NCBI GenBank assembly: GCA_002898555.1
Contig: BEHR01000007.1
Location: forward strand, 23,459 to 87,458
Direction of reading: 5' to 3'
Source: a bacterium HR15
GTDB lineage: Bacteria > Armatimonadota > Fimbriimonadia > Fimbriimonadales > GBS-DC
DNA: 64,000 nucleotides
Shown here: positions 1-8,824 of the stretch, piece by piece
Numbering within the stretch: the stretch's first letter is position 1
Layout of the letters: every line of letters begins with the position of its first letter
The notes under the pieces: model-generated
The model's input: only the letters and a program-made list of their open reading frames with translations
Databases searched by the model: none
What the model was told of the DNA's origin: nothing
Translations under genes and position numbers: made by a program

Positions 1-647
1 TTGCCCAGGTTGGGGTCGTAAATGTCGCGTACGACGGTGCTCCAGATGAACTCGATTTTGGGGTTGCGGAAGGCGCGTTCCTGCATAATTTTGGAGGCAC
101 GCAGTTCATCGCGACGATGCACGACATAGACCTTTTCGCAGTGGTTGGTCAGGTAGAGCGCCTCTTCCATCGCGGTGTCGCCACCGCCCACGACAATGAC
201 CTTCTTGCCCCGGAAAAAGAAGCCGTCGCAGGTGGCGCAAGCGGAGACGCCACGCCCTTTAAGCTTCTCCTCCGATTCGAGACCAAGCCATTTGGCGGAG
301 GCGCCTGTCGCGATAATGACCGCATGCGCTCGATACGCCTTGCCGCCATCGCTCCAGAGATGGAACGGGCGCTCGTGAAAATCCACGCGCGTAATGGTCT
401 CGTAAAGAATGCGCGTGCCGAACCGTTCCGCCTGCTGACGGAACAGCTCCATCAGCTCCGGTCCCTGAATGCCATCGGGAAAGCCGGGATAGTTTTCGAC
501 ATCGGTGGTAATCATGAGTTGACCGCCGGGCTGAATGCCAGCGAAAAGCAGAGGCGACAGGCTCGCGCGCGCTGCATAGAGCGCCGCCGTATAGCCCGCA
601 GGGCCAGACCCGATAATAATCACCTTTTCAACCCCTGTGGTTTCCAT
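1..647 (-). CDS. trxB: thioredoxin-disulfide reductase; C-terminal end runs off the window
   Basis: Absent from the ORF track because no stop lies inside the window. My reverse-strand translation from the ATG at 647 reads [27 protein letters not shown]...[35 protein letters not shown]. This shows the FAD GxGxxG motif, the redox-active CATC motif and the NADPH GGGD motif. The + strand ORF 117..677 is its antisense shadow. Confidence 0.9.
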   Translation of the reverse strand, partial: METTGVEKVIIIGSGPAGYTAALYAARASLSPLLFAGIQPGGQLMITTDVENYPGFPDGIQGPELMELFRQQAERFGTRILYETITRVDFHERPFHLWSDGGKAYRAHAVIIATGASAKWLGLESEEKLKGRGVSACATCDGFFFRGKKVIVVGGGDTAMEEALYLTNHCEKVYVVHRRDELRASKIMQERAFRNPKIEFIWSTVVRDIYDPNLG

Positions 648-810
648 CGGCTATCATTTTACCCGCTGGCACCCTAAGCAAGTGGCGAGCAGTGCGAGGC
701 GAGACCTCCTGTTCACCGCGCGAATTCTCGGACATCCTCACCCCCATGGAAATTTGATTTTGCCCCGGGTAACTGCTCATGACATGCTGCCGTTTCGGCA
801 GGGAAGCGGC

Positions 811-2829
811 ATGGACTGGCGAAATTACCCCTTTTGTATGGCGGTCTTGGACGAATTGCAGCGGGCGCGGCGCACTGCCGAAGAGGTCGCTGCGGAGGAG
901 CATAAATTCGAGGACGGGTTCACTGTCCGCACCTTCCTTGGACTGCTGTTTGTGGCGTTCGTGATGCTGCCCGGCAGCATTTACATGGGGCTGGTGGCGG
1001 GGGTGGGCTTAGGCTCCGCCGCGGAATGGGTCACTATTGTGCTGTTTGCGGAAGTGATGCGTCGCTCGCTCCAGCCCCTGAAACGGCAAGAGATTTACAT
1101 GCTGTTTTATATTGCAGCCTCACTCACCGCGATGGGGCTGTACGGGCTGTCGGGCGGGCCATTACAATGGAAAATTTGGGATCAGTTCTTTGTGCAGTCG
1201 GCGCCCGCCACGCCCTTTGCGAGGGAGATTCCTCACTGGGCGGTGCCAGCCCCCGATTCGCCTGCCCTGCGTGAGCGTACCTTTCTCCATCCCGACTGGA
1301 CGCTCCCGCTGGTGCTGTTGGTTATTACGGAGATTCTGGGGCGTGCCAGCTGGATGAGCATGGGCTATCTGCTCTTTCGGATGACTTCCGATGTGGAGCG
1401 GTTGCCCTTCCCCCTGGCGCCTGTGGCGGCATCGGGCGCGCTGGCACTGGCAGAGGCGGGACGACGCGAGGAATCGTGGCGCTGGGGCGTCTTCTCCACC
1501 GGTGCCGTGGTGGGCATGGTGTTTGGCTTCTTCTATCTGGCAATCCCCGTGTTTACAGGTACGCTGTTTGGCAACGCGGTGCAGATTATCCCCATCCCCT
1601 TCCTGGACCTGACGCAAAATACGGAGAGCCTGCTGCCGACCGCCATCGTGGGCGTGTCGCTCAATTTGGGCGAGGTGCTGCTCGGCTTCGTGCTGCCCTA
1701 TCAAGTCGTGTTAGGCTCCACCATCAGCTCCGTGCTCACTTATATTGCTGCGAATCCCCTGCTTTATAAGCTGGGTCTCATTTCCCATTGGCAGCCGAAC
1801 TCACCCGCCATCCAAACCAAAATCGCCGTCGATATCGACTTCTGGCTGGCGATTATCGTGGGGCTGCAGGTGGCAGTCGCTGTGATTGGAATCGCGATGG
1901 TGATACGCACCATGCGTGAGGCGCGCGCCTCACGCGCTTTCCAGAGGCGCAATGCAGGGGCGCTTCCTCCGCCTGGACGCGGCGATCCACCCCTCTGGAT
2001 CCCAGCACTTGTCTGGCTCATCTCGGTGACCTCGTACATCCTGCTTTGTCGCTGGCTGGTGCCAGAGTTCCCGCTCTGGATTGTGGTGGGCTTCGGGCTG
2101 TTCTGGAGTCCGCTCAACAGCTATGTGTCTGCGCGTATGATCGGACTGACGGGACAAGGTGTGTCGGTGCCGTTTCTAAAGGAGGCAGCGGTTATCAGCA
2201 GTGGCTATCCGAAAGTAGACATCTGGTACGCACCGCTGCCTTTTCAGGACCATGGGTGGGCAGCCCAGCGATTCCGCGAGGTAGAGTTGACCGGCACCAA
2301 GTTCACCAGTATCCTGAAGGCAGAAGTGCTTATGCTGCCCACAATTTTCATCGCGAGCTTCCTGTTCTGGTCGTTCTTCTGGCGTGCCAGCCCCATTCCC
2401 TCGTCGATGTTCCCCTACGCGATGAACATGTGGCCCTATTTCGCGCAGATGGACGCCGTGTGGAAGCAGATTAACCGCCCGGAGAGCGAGATGCGCGAGC
2501 TGGTGCTGGGTGCGTTGAACCTGCCGCGTATTGGCATCGGCTTTCTGGCGGGGATGGGGTTGTACTGGCTGTTCAGCGCGTTTAAGATGCCCCTGCTGCT
2601 CTTCTATGGACTGGTGGGTGGTGTGGGCCAGTTTCCCCACTACCTGCTGCCACGCTTGCTGGGTGCATGGTTGGGGCGTCGCTATTTCCGCAAGCGTTTT
2701 GGCGAAGAGAACTGGATTCGCTATGCACCTGTGCTGTTGGCGGGATTCTTCTGCGGGCTGGGGCTGATCGGCATGTTCGCAATCGCACTTGCACTGATTG
2801 CCAAATCGGTGTCGGTGCTGCCCTTTTAA
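811..2829 (+). CDS. polytopic membrane transporter, OPT-superfamily-like (tentative)
   Basis: ORF 637..2829 is a long, very hydrophobic protein with many TM segments and a by-eye resemblance to bacterial OPT oligopeptide transporters. The 637 start overlaps the trxB start codon region, so I prefer the in-frame ATG at 811 (MDWRNYPF...). ATGs at 784 and 838 are alternatives. Confidence 0.5.
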   Translation: MDWRNYPFCMAVLDELQRARRTAEEVAAEEHKFEDGFTVRTFLGLLFVAFVMLPGSIYMGLVAGVGLGSAAEWVTIVLFAEVMRRSLQPLKRQEIYMLFYIAASLTAMGLYGLSGGPLQWKIWDQFFVQSAPATPFAREIPHWAVPAPDSPALRERTFLHPDWTLPLVLLVITEILGRASWMSMGYLLFRMTSDVERLPFPLAPVAASGALALAEAGRREESWRWGVFSTGAVVGMVFGFFYLAIPVFTGTLFGNAVQIIPIPFLDLTQNTESLLPTAIVGVSLNLGEVLLGFVLPYQVVLGSTISSVLTYIAANPLLYKLGLISHWQPNSPAIQTKIAVDIDFWLAIIVGLQVAVAVIGIAMVIRTMREARASRAFQRRNAGALPPPGRGDPPLWIPALVWLISVTSYILLCRWLVPEFPLWIVVGFGLFWSPLNSYVSARMIGLTGQGVSVPFLKEAAVISSGYPKVDIWYAPLPFQDHGWAAQRFREVELTGTKFTSILKAEVLMLPTIFIASFLFWSFFWRASPIPSSMFPYAMNMWPYFAQMDAVWKQINRPESEMRELVLGALNLPRIGIGFLAGMGLYWLFSAFKMPLLLFYGLVGGVGQFPHYLLPRLLGAWLGRRYFRKRFGEENWIRYAPVLLAGFFCGLGLIGMFAIALALIAKSVSVLPF

Positions 2830-2865
2830 AGGGAGCGAATCGAATCCGCTCACTGGTCATTGAGG

Positions 2866-2871
2866 TATAAT
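2866..2871 (+). promoter_or_regulatory. -10 box TATAAT placed 7 nt upstream of the methyltransferase ATG (leaderless arrangement)
   Basis: The sequence reads gaggTATAATcaaagcgATG. There is no Shine-Dalgarno between the box and the ATG at 2879. Confidence 0.45.
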
Positions 2872-2878
2872 CAAAGCG

Positions 2879-3778
2879 ATGAAACCGTCTACCCAATCAC
2901 AGGAGGAACAGGCACAGCCTTTAGACCTGGAGCTATTTTATGCTGAGGAGGTGTCCGAGGCAACGGTTCTCTATGATGCGCGGCGCGCTAATGAACTGGA
3001 TGGGGCGACTTGGACGCGCTATTCCATTTCTATCTGGAGCGACATTCGTAAGACAGCTGAAGAGGTTGCCCTGAAACATCCCGCCATGTTCCCTGCCGCA
3101 CTGCCTGCTCGGCTCATCGAATGCTACACGCGCCGTGGGATGACCGTGCTCGATCCCTTCTTAGGAGTAGGCAGTACCCTGATCGCTGCCAAACAGTTGG
3201 GTAGGCATGGCATCGGCATCGAGCTGAATCCTGAATATGCCCGCATTGCAGAAACCCGACTGGAAACGCTCACCCTGGAACAGGAGTGGAGCGAATCTGG
3301 GGAGAAAGTAGACTGTCGTGTTTATGTGGGCGATGCAAACGAATTGGATCAGTTCGTGGAACCCGAAAGCATCGATCTGGTTGTAACTTCTCCACCTTAC
3401 TGGGATATTCTGCTGGAAAAGCGTACGGCTGACTACAAGCCTATTCGCCACTACGGCGGGGAGGAAAAGGATTTAGGCAAGATTCGTGACTATAATCAAT
3501 TTCTGAAAGCGATTCAGTCGATTTTCCGTAAGGTGTATACGGTTCTCAAACCTGGAGCCTACTGCTGTGTCGTGGTGATGGACATCCGCAAAAAAAATCG
3601 TTTTTATCCCTATCACTCCGATCTCGCGATGCATCTTCAGGAAGTTGGTTTTATTTATGATGATCTTATTATCTGGGATCGACGGCATGAGTACAACAAC
3701 CTGCGCCCTTTGGGCTACCCTTCTGTATTCCGTATTAATAAAGTGCATGAATTTATCTTGATTTTGCAGCGACCGTAG
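2879..3778 (+). CDS. N4-cytosine or N6-adenine DNA methyltransferase (N6_N4_Mtase type, SPPY catalytic motif, permuted motif order)
   Basis: The AdoMet motif I (VLDPFLGVGSTLIAAKQLGRHGIGIELNP, preceded by HPAMFPAALPARLIE) lies N-terminal. The catalytic motif IV (DLVVTSPPYWD) lies C-terminal to it. The gene is visibly more AT-rich than its neighbours. Confidence 0.85.
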   Translation: MKPSTQSQEEQAQPLDLELFYAEEVSEATVLYDARRANELDGATWTRYSISIWSDIRKTAEEVALKHPAMFPAALPARLIECYTRRGMTVLDPFLGVGSTLIAAKQLGRHGIGIELNPEYARIAETRLETLTLEQEWSESGEKVDCRVYVGDANELDQFVEPESIDLVVTSPPYWDILLEKRTADYKPIRHYGGEEKDLGKIRDYNQFLKAIQSIFRKVYTVLKPGAYCCVVVMDIRKKNRFYPYHSDLAMHLQEVGFIYDDLIIWDRRHEYNNLRPLGYPSVFRINKVHEFILILQRP

Positions 3779-3787
3779 AAGAACGCC

Positions 3788-4714
3788 ATGGACTATTTCG
3801 ATGCAGATGTCGCTTACCTTGTGGGGCTTATCGTTGCCAGGGGGCAGCTGATTGAGCAGGGCGAGGAACGGCGCATCCTTGTTGAGTTTCCCGGCTCTAC
3901 CCTGCAAGTGGAGGGCACCCATTCTGCTTTCGATCAACCCACAGAAATCAAGTTGGGATTGGTCGATATTGCTTGGCGTCTGCGTAATCTACTAGAGACG
4001 GATATAGATATTATTAGCAGTACTCATGGAAACCATACACTATTGGTACACTTCCACAGAAACAACATGATATGGCGCAACCTCCGTCTAATATTAGGTA
4101 GTGCGACACATTTTGGAACATTTACACTACCTAATGTTCTGTTTGATCGAGATACTCCCCTGGAGTGGAAGCACGAGTTTTTGCGCGGTTTCGCTGATGT
4201 GGCGGGTAATATCCGCAGAGCCAACCGTTATGTGGACGGGCGCAATCGGGTGCGCTTGGATGTGCTGAACTATAAGGATAACTGGAAATTACCTGTTCAG
4301 CTCTGTGAACTCTTACAAGATCACTTAAGTATTCCTGTTCAGCTCATCGCTTGGGGGCATCCCAACATGGGCAGAGATTTTCGTGAACATCAACTGAACA
4401 TTTTTGCAGTTCCCTTTCGAAAAATAGGTTTTACCTTCCGACATAAGCAAATAGTTCTCGAAGAATTAGCCCAAGAAGATGAAAAAAACTTCCCCAACGC
4501 GCAGTATATGCCTTGTCCTGGGGAGCGTGCCCTACGACGCACAAAAGAATCCGATGAACGCGAAGCGGACACTCTCCATCTCCCACCAAAACTTTGCGGA
4601 AAACACTTTGACGCCTATTGGCAAATCTGTAGGCAGTTGGGCTGCCGAAAACGCCCTGCTGTGCAAGATATTTCCTATGAAGAGGATGTTGAACAGGAGG
4701 TAATACCAGAATGA
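3788..4714 (+). CDS. double LAGLIDADG-like protein with both catalytic acidic residues substituted
   Basis: Two LAGLIDADG-type helices are present: AYLVGLIVARGQL near the N-terminus and EFLRGFADVAGNIRR at about residue 131. Each is followed by sequence consistent with the beta-beta-alpha-beta-beta-alpha pattern. The C-terminal tail is Cys/His-containing (CPGE...LCGKH...ICRQLGC). The start lies 9 nt after the methyltransferase stop. Confidence 0.6.
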   Translation: MDYFDADVAYLVGLIVARGQLIEQGEERRILVEFPGSTLQVEGTHSAFDQPTEIKLGLVDIAWRLRNLLETDIDIISSTHGNHTLLVHFHRNNMIWRNLRLILGSATHFGTFTLPNVLFDRDTPLEWKHEFLRGFADVAGNIRRANRYVDGRNRVRLDVLNYKDNWKLPVQLCELLQDHLSIPVQLIAWGHPNMGRDFREHQLNIFAVPFRKIGFTFRHKQIVLEELAQEDEKNFPNAQYMPCPGERALRRTKESDEREADTLHLPPKLCGKHFDAYWQICRQLGCRKRPAVQDISYEEDVEQEVIPE

Positions 4715-5223
4715 CACTTCAGAAGGAGCAGGAGATGTATCCTGCAGTTGAGCAGTGGTTGCGAAGATATTTACAGCAGCGTTATCCTCGTCAGCGAATT
4801 ATAACACAAGTGTGTGCGTTCAGGAGACTTAATAAACTGATTAACCAACTCGGAATCGGAGCGTTGCTCCCTCATGAATGGGCGTCGTGGGATGTGCAGG
4901 TGGACATAGTAGGCTTCGTGTGTAGCGCGCAAAAAGCCTCGATTGTCTTAATTGAATGTAAAAGTAGACCTATTGCACTTCCCCATCTCTCCCAGATGAT
5001 CGGCTATTGCCGGGTGGTCAGACCAGCGATGGGGTTGATTCTCTCGCCAAAAGGTATTAGCAACTCGTTGAAAAGACTTCTCACCATCTTTGGTCGGCAA
5101 GATGTGCTGGTCTATGATCAACCTCATCAGCAAGCAGCGCGGTATGTGACCTTGGCTCGCTGGGATGCTCAAAGCAAGTCGCCTGATGCGAGCAGTGTAG
5201 TTCCGTCAGGCGGTTTGTCTTAA
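4711..5223 (+). CDS. small PD-(D/E)XK-fold nuclease-like protein
   Basis: Motif pattern is an N-terminal helix with E (YPAVEQWL), then VQVDIVGF (D), then IVLIECKSR (E-x-K). The ATG overlaps the upstream stop (ATGA), which implies translational coupling. Confidence 0.6.
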   Translation: MTLQKEQEMYPAVEQWLRRYLQQRYPRQRIITQVCAFRRLNKLINQLGIGALLPHEWASWDVQVDIVGFVCSAQKASIVLIECKSRPIALPHLSQMIGYCRVVRPAMGLILSPKGISNSLKRLLTIFGRQDVLVYDQPHQQAARYVTLARWDAQSKSPDASSVVPSGGLS

Positions 5224-5254
5224 CGGCGAGTCTATGCGCAACAACCCCTCTGAT

Positions 5255-6499
5255 CTAACGATCGGCAGCTCGGTGCCCATCAGCACCGCCTGCCCAGGAA
5301 ATCCGATAGATACGCCCCGTCATGTCGCAGCTGAAAAGCACGGAGCCATCGGGCGATTCCACACAATCCACAGGGCGTGCCAACACGCGCAGCTCAGGCG
5401 TGATGGTTTTGACTATCGTTAGACTGCCATAGGGTTTGCTCGTGACCTCGTCGAACAGCACGCGCTCGATACGATAGCCATCAGGAAGGCGACGATTCCA
5501 CGAGCCATGACACGCTGCGAACAGGTCGCCCTTATGATTCGGGAAATGATTGCGCGTCAGAAAGCAAAAGCCGTTGACTGCCCAGTGGGCGGGGAACGCC
5601 CAAGCGGGCGGCTCGGTACGGTCGGCTAACTCCAGAATGTCCTTCCGGTGCTGATATTCGATGCGCGGCAACTTCATCCCCACGATAAAGGGATGCCCAT
5701 AGAACTTGCCTTGCTGATAATGGTTGAGTTCATCGGGCGGATTGTAGTCGGTGATTGGCTGAAAACCGACGCGATCGCCTAATGGTCTGCCGAACCAATC
5801 GCTGCCATGGTCGATTCCCCAAACTTCGGAGGTGCCAGGGCGCAGGCGCAACTTCTCGGTGTTGCGGATGCCAGCGGCGAAAAGTGTTTTGCCCGTGCCA
5901 TCTTTGTTGAACCGCCAGATTTTCTGCCGCTCGGTGGCGGTCTCGTCATTAATGTTGCCCGAATCGCCGATGCCTGTGTAGATATATTTATCGGTCACCA
6001 GGATGGGACGCCACCAGTGCCCACCCCCTTTCGGCAACTTGCCTTCGGGGATGACCGTGACGACCTCATCTGCCTTGCCGTCCCCATCGCGATCACGCGC
6101 CTTGTGGATCGCGCCTGTCTGTGTGAACCAGAGCCAGCCATCGGCAAAATACATGCCGTGAACCGTCGGATAGCCTTTGACAAAGGTGCTGACAACGCGA
6201 TAGCGGTCGCCATGCAGGCGCAGCGCCAGGATGTCGCCCTTTTCTGGACGACTAACATAAAGCGTGCCCCTATCGTCGAATTCCAGAAAGCGAGCATTTT
6301 CGATATTGTCTGCCACCAGATCCACGCGATAGCCCGGTCGTACCCAGAAGTTCGGCACGCCCGCACCACGCAGCCCCATCGTGGGCTTTGCGGAGGGGGT
6401 ATTAACGCCGCGAGAACTGCTACGCTGCGCAGTCAGACAGCCCGCTATCAACAACCCAAGTATACCAACACCCAAAACAACATCCCTATTCATCCGCAA
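5255..6499 (-). CDS. PQQ-dependent sugar dehydrogenase (sorbosone/glucose dehydrogenase family), probable lipoprotein
   Basis: 414 aa with a signal peptide and lipobox (LLIAGC). The body is beta-propeller-like (DRGTLYVSRPEKGDILAL, GGGHWWRPILV, HGSDWFGRP), typical of the soluble aldose/sorbosone dehydrogenase family. Confidence 0.7.
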   Translation of the reverse strand: MRMNRDVVLGVGILGLLIAGCLTAQRSSSRGVNTPSAKPTMGLRGAGVPNFWVRPGYRVDLVADNIENARFLEFDDRGTLYVSRPEKGDILALRLHGDRYRVVSTFVKGYPTVHGMYFADGWLWFTQTGAIHKARDRDGDGKADEVVTVIPEGKLPKGGGHWWRPILVTDKYIYTGIGDSGNINDETATERQKIWRFNKDGTGKTLFAAGIRNTEKLRLRPGTSEVWGIDHGSDWFGRPLGDRVGFQPITDYNPPDELNHYQQGKFYGHPFIVGMKLPRIEYQHRKDILELADRTEPPAWAFPAHWAVNGFCFLTRNHFPNHKGDLFAACHGSWNRRLPDGYRIERVLFDEVTSKPYGSLTIVKTITPELRVLARPVDCVESPDGSVLFSCDMTGRIYRISWAGGADGHRAADR

Positions 6500-6559
6500 C
6501 CAGAGTGTACCTGAAATGATGATGCGGGTATAATCGCCCCAGAATGCTCATTTAAGACC

Positions 6560-8824
6560 ATGTTCACCCGCAATCCACAGAGCTGGCGCGAGATGGGACT
6601 GAGCGATGAGGAATATGCTCGCATCGTGGCGCTGATGGGGCGTGAGCCAACCGACACGGAGCTGGGCATGTTCGCTGTGATGTGGTCGGAACACTGCGGC
6701 TACAAATTTTCGCGCCCCGTGCTGCGCCTGTTCAAAAAGTATCGCGAGGCGCTGGAAGGGGCAGGCTTCGAAAACGCCGGCATCGTGCCGCTTGACGACC
6801 AGCTGGGCATCGCGATGAAGGTCGAAAGCCATAATCATCCCTCCGCGGTGGAACCGCATCAAGGCGCGGCGACAGGCGTCGGCGGCATCATTCGCGATAT
6901 CTTCACGATGGGCGCAAGACCGATTGCGATCCTCGACTCCTTGCGCTTTGGACCGCTTTCCGAATCACGCAACCGCTACCTGATCGAACATGTGGTGGAA
7001 GGCATCTCCAGCTACGGCAATTGCATCGGCGTGCCCACCGTGGCAGGCGAAATCTATTTTCACCCATGCTATTCAGGCAATCCCCTGGTGAACGCGATGG
7101 CGGTCGGTCTCGTGCCCTTGTCGCGCATTATTCCTGCCCGTGCCGATGTGCCAGGCAGCGCGGTGATGTATGTCGGCTCCAGCACTGGACGCGACGGGAT
7201 CCACGGTGCCACCTTCGCCTCCGAAACGCTCGGTGAAGATCAACAAGAGAAGCGCCCGAATGTGCAGATTGGCGACCCCTTTATGGAAAAGTTGCTTATT
7301 GAGGCGACGCTGGAAGCGATTGAGACGGGCGCGATTCTGGGTATGCAGGATATGGGCGCGGCGGGGCTGACCTGCACCACCTGCGAACCGACCTCCAAAT
7401 CGGGCACAGGCGTGGAGATCGATGTCGCGCTCGTGCCCACGCGCGAGCCAAATATGACCCCCTATGAAATCATGCTCTCCGAATCGCAGGAGCGCATGCT
7501 GCTCTATGTGCAGGCAGGGCGCGAGGAGGAGGTCGCGCAGGTGTTCCGCAAGTGGGGGCTGAACGCCGTTGTGATTGGGCGCGTGACGAGCGATGGGCTT
7601 GTGCGCGTACGCCATCGAGGCGAGATCGTGGCGGAAATCCCAGCGCACTACCTCACGAAAGAGTGCCCCACCTATTCCCTGCAAGCGGAGGAACCCGCTT
7701 ATCTGCGCGAGGTTCAACAGCTCACCATCGATGAGCTGCCCCAACCGTGCGACTGGAACGAGGTGCTGCTCCAGTTGCTACGCTCGCCGAGCATCGCCAG
7801 CAAGCGTTGGGTGTACGAGCAGTATGACTGGCTGGTTGGCGCACAGACGGTGCTGCCACCAGGCAAAGCGGACGCCGCTGTGCTGCGCCTCCGAAATAGC
7901 GAAAAGGGCATCGCGCTCAAGATCGACGGCAACGCACGCTATTGCTATCTGCATCCCTATCGAGGGGCACAATTAACGGTGGCTGAAGCTGCGCGGAATG
8001 TCGCCTGCACCGGTGCGATGCCCCGCGCCATCACCGACTGCCTCAACTTCGGCAACCCGCAACGCCCAGAGATTTTCTATCAGTTCGAACAGTGCGTGCG
8101 CGGCATCGCTGACGCCTCCGAATTTTTCGAAACGCCCGTTATCTCGGGTAATGTGAGTTTCTACAACGAAAGTGAGCGGGGAGCAATTTACCCCACGCCA
8201 ACTATTGGCATGCTGGGCATATTGGAGCGCGTGGAGGATTGTATCGGTGCAGGCTTTCCGGAGGCGGGACTTGCAGTGCTGCTTGTCGCGCCCTTGCAGA
8301 ACGACGATCCCCTGATGGGGCTGGGAGGGAGTGAGTATCTGGCGGTGGTGCATGGGCTGGAGCGTGGAACACCGCCCGCGCTGGATCTCCATGCCGAGAA
8401 ATCACTGCACCGCTTTCTGGTGCAGGCGGCACGACAACGCCTCATCCGTTCCGCCCATGACATCAGTGAGGGCGGGTTCGCTGTGGCACTGGCGGAATGC
8501 GCCCTCATTGAGGGTATCGGGGCACGGGTTCAGCTTCCGCTTCACCCCCATGGATTTTCGGCATGGCAGGCAACCCCGCCTCCAAGTGAAGGTTCACGCC
8601 ATGACGCGCTGCTGTTTGGGGAATCGCCTACGCGCGTTATCCTGTCAGCAGAACCTGCGCTTGTGTCGGCTTTGCAACAACTGGCTGCTGCGTATCGGCT
8701 CGCCTGCCACGCGCTGGGTTATACGGGAGGCGACAAGATAGTCATTCGAGTCGGCGACGCGCCGCTGATTGAACTCCCGCTCGCGCGCTGCCAGAAGGCG
8801 TATGAGGAGGCAATCACCCTCTAA
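6560..8824 (+). CDS. purL: phosphoribosylformylglycinamidine synthase subunit PurL
   Basis: 754 aa. It carries GMFAVMWSEHCGYKFSRP and VESHNHPSAVEPHQGAATGVGGIIRD, hallmark FGAM synthase II motifs. Confidence 0.95.
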   Translation: MFTRNPQSWREMGLSDEEYARIVALMGREPTDTELGMFAVMWSEHCGYKFSRPVLRLFKKYREALEGAGFENAGIVPLDDQLGIAMKVESHNHPSAVEPHQGAATGVGGIIRDIFTMGARPIAILDSLRFGPLSESRNRYLIEHVVEGISSYGNCIGVPTVAGEIYFHPCYSGNPLVNAMAVGLVPLSRIIPARADVPGSAVMYVGSSTGRDGIHGATFASETLGEDQQEKRPNVQIGDPFMEKLLIEATLEAIETGAILGMQDMGAAGLTCTTCEPTSKSGTGVEIDVALVPTREPNMTPYEIMLSESQERMLLYVQAGREEEVAQVFRKWGLNAVVIGRVTSDGLVRVRHRGEIVAEIPAHYLTKECPTYSLQAEEPAYLREVQQLTIDELPQPCDWNEVLLQLLRSPSIASKRWVYEQYDWLVGAQTVLPPGKADAAVLRLRNSEKGIALKIDGNARYCYLHPYRGAQLTVAEAARNVACTGAMPRAITDCLNFGNPQRPEIFYQFEQCVRGIADASEFFETPVISGNVSFYNESERGAIYPTPTIGMLGILERVEDCIGAGFPEAGLAVLLVAPLQNDDPLMGLGGSEYLAVVHGLERGTPPALDLHAEKSLHRFLVQAARQRLIRSAHDISEGGFAVALAECALIEGIGARVQLPLHPHGFSAWQATPPPSEGSRHDALLFGESPTRVILSAEPALVSALQQLAAAYRLACHALGYTGGDKIVIRVGDAPLIELPLARCQKAYEEAITL

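Noticed and set aside
117-677. 186-aa + strand ORF at the left edge
   Set aside because: It lies antisense to a clear trxB reading frame (CATC, GGGD motifs) and its own translation has no recognisable features. It is a typical high-GC shadow ORF.
5807-6514. 235-aa + strand ORF
   Set aside because: It is antisense to the PQQ-dependent dehydrogenase gene. It is a shadow ORF.
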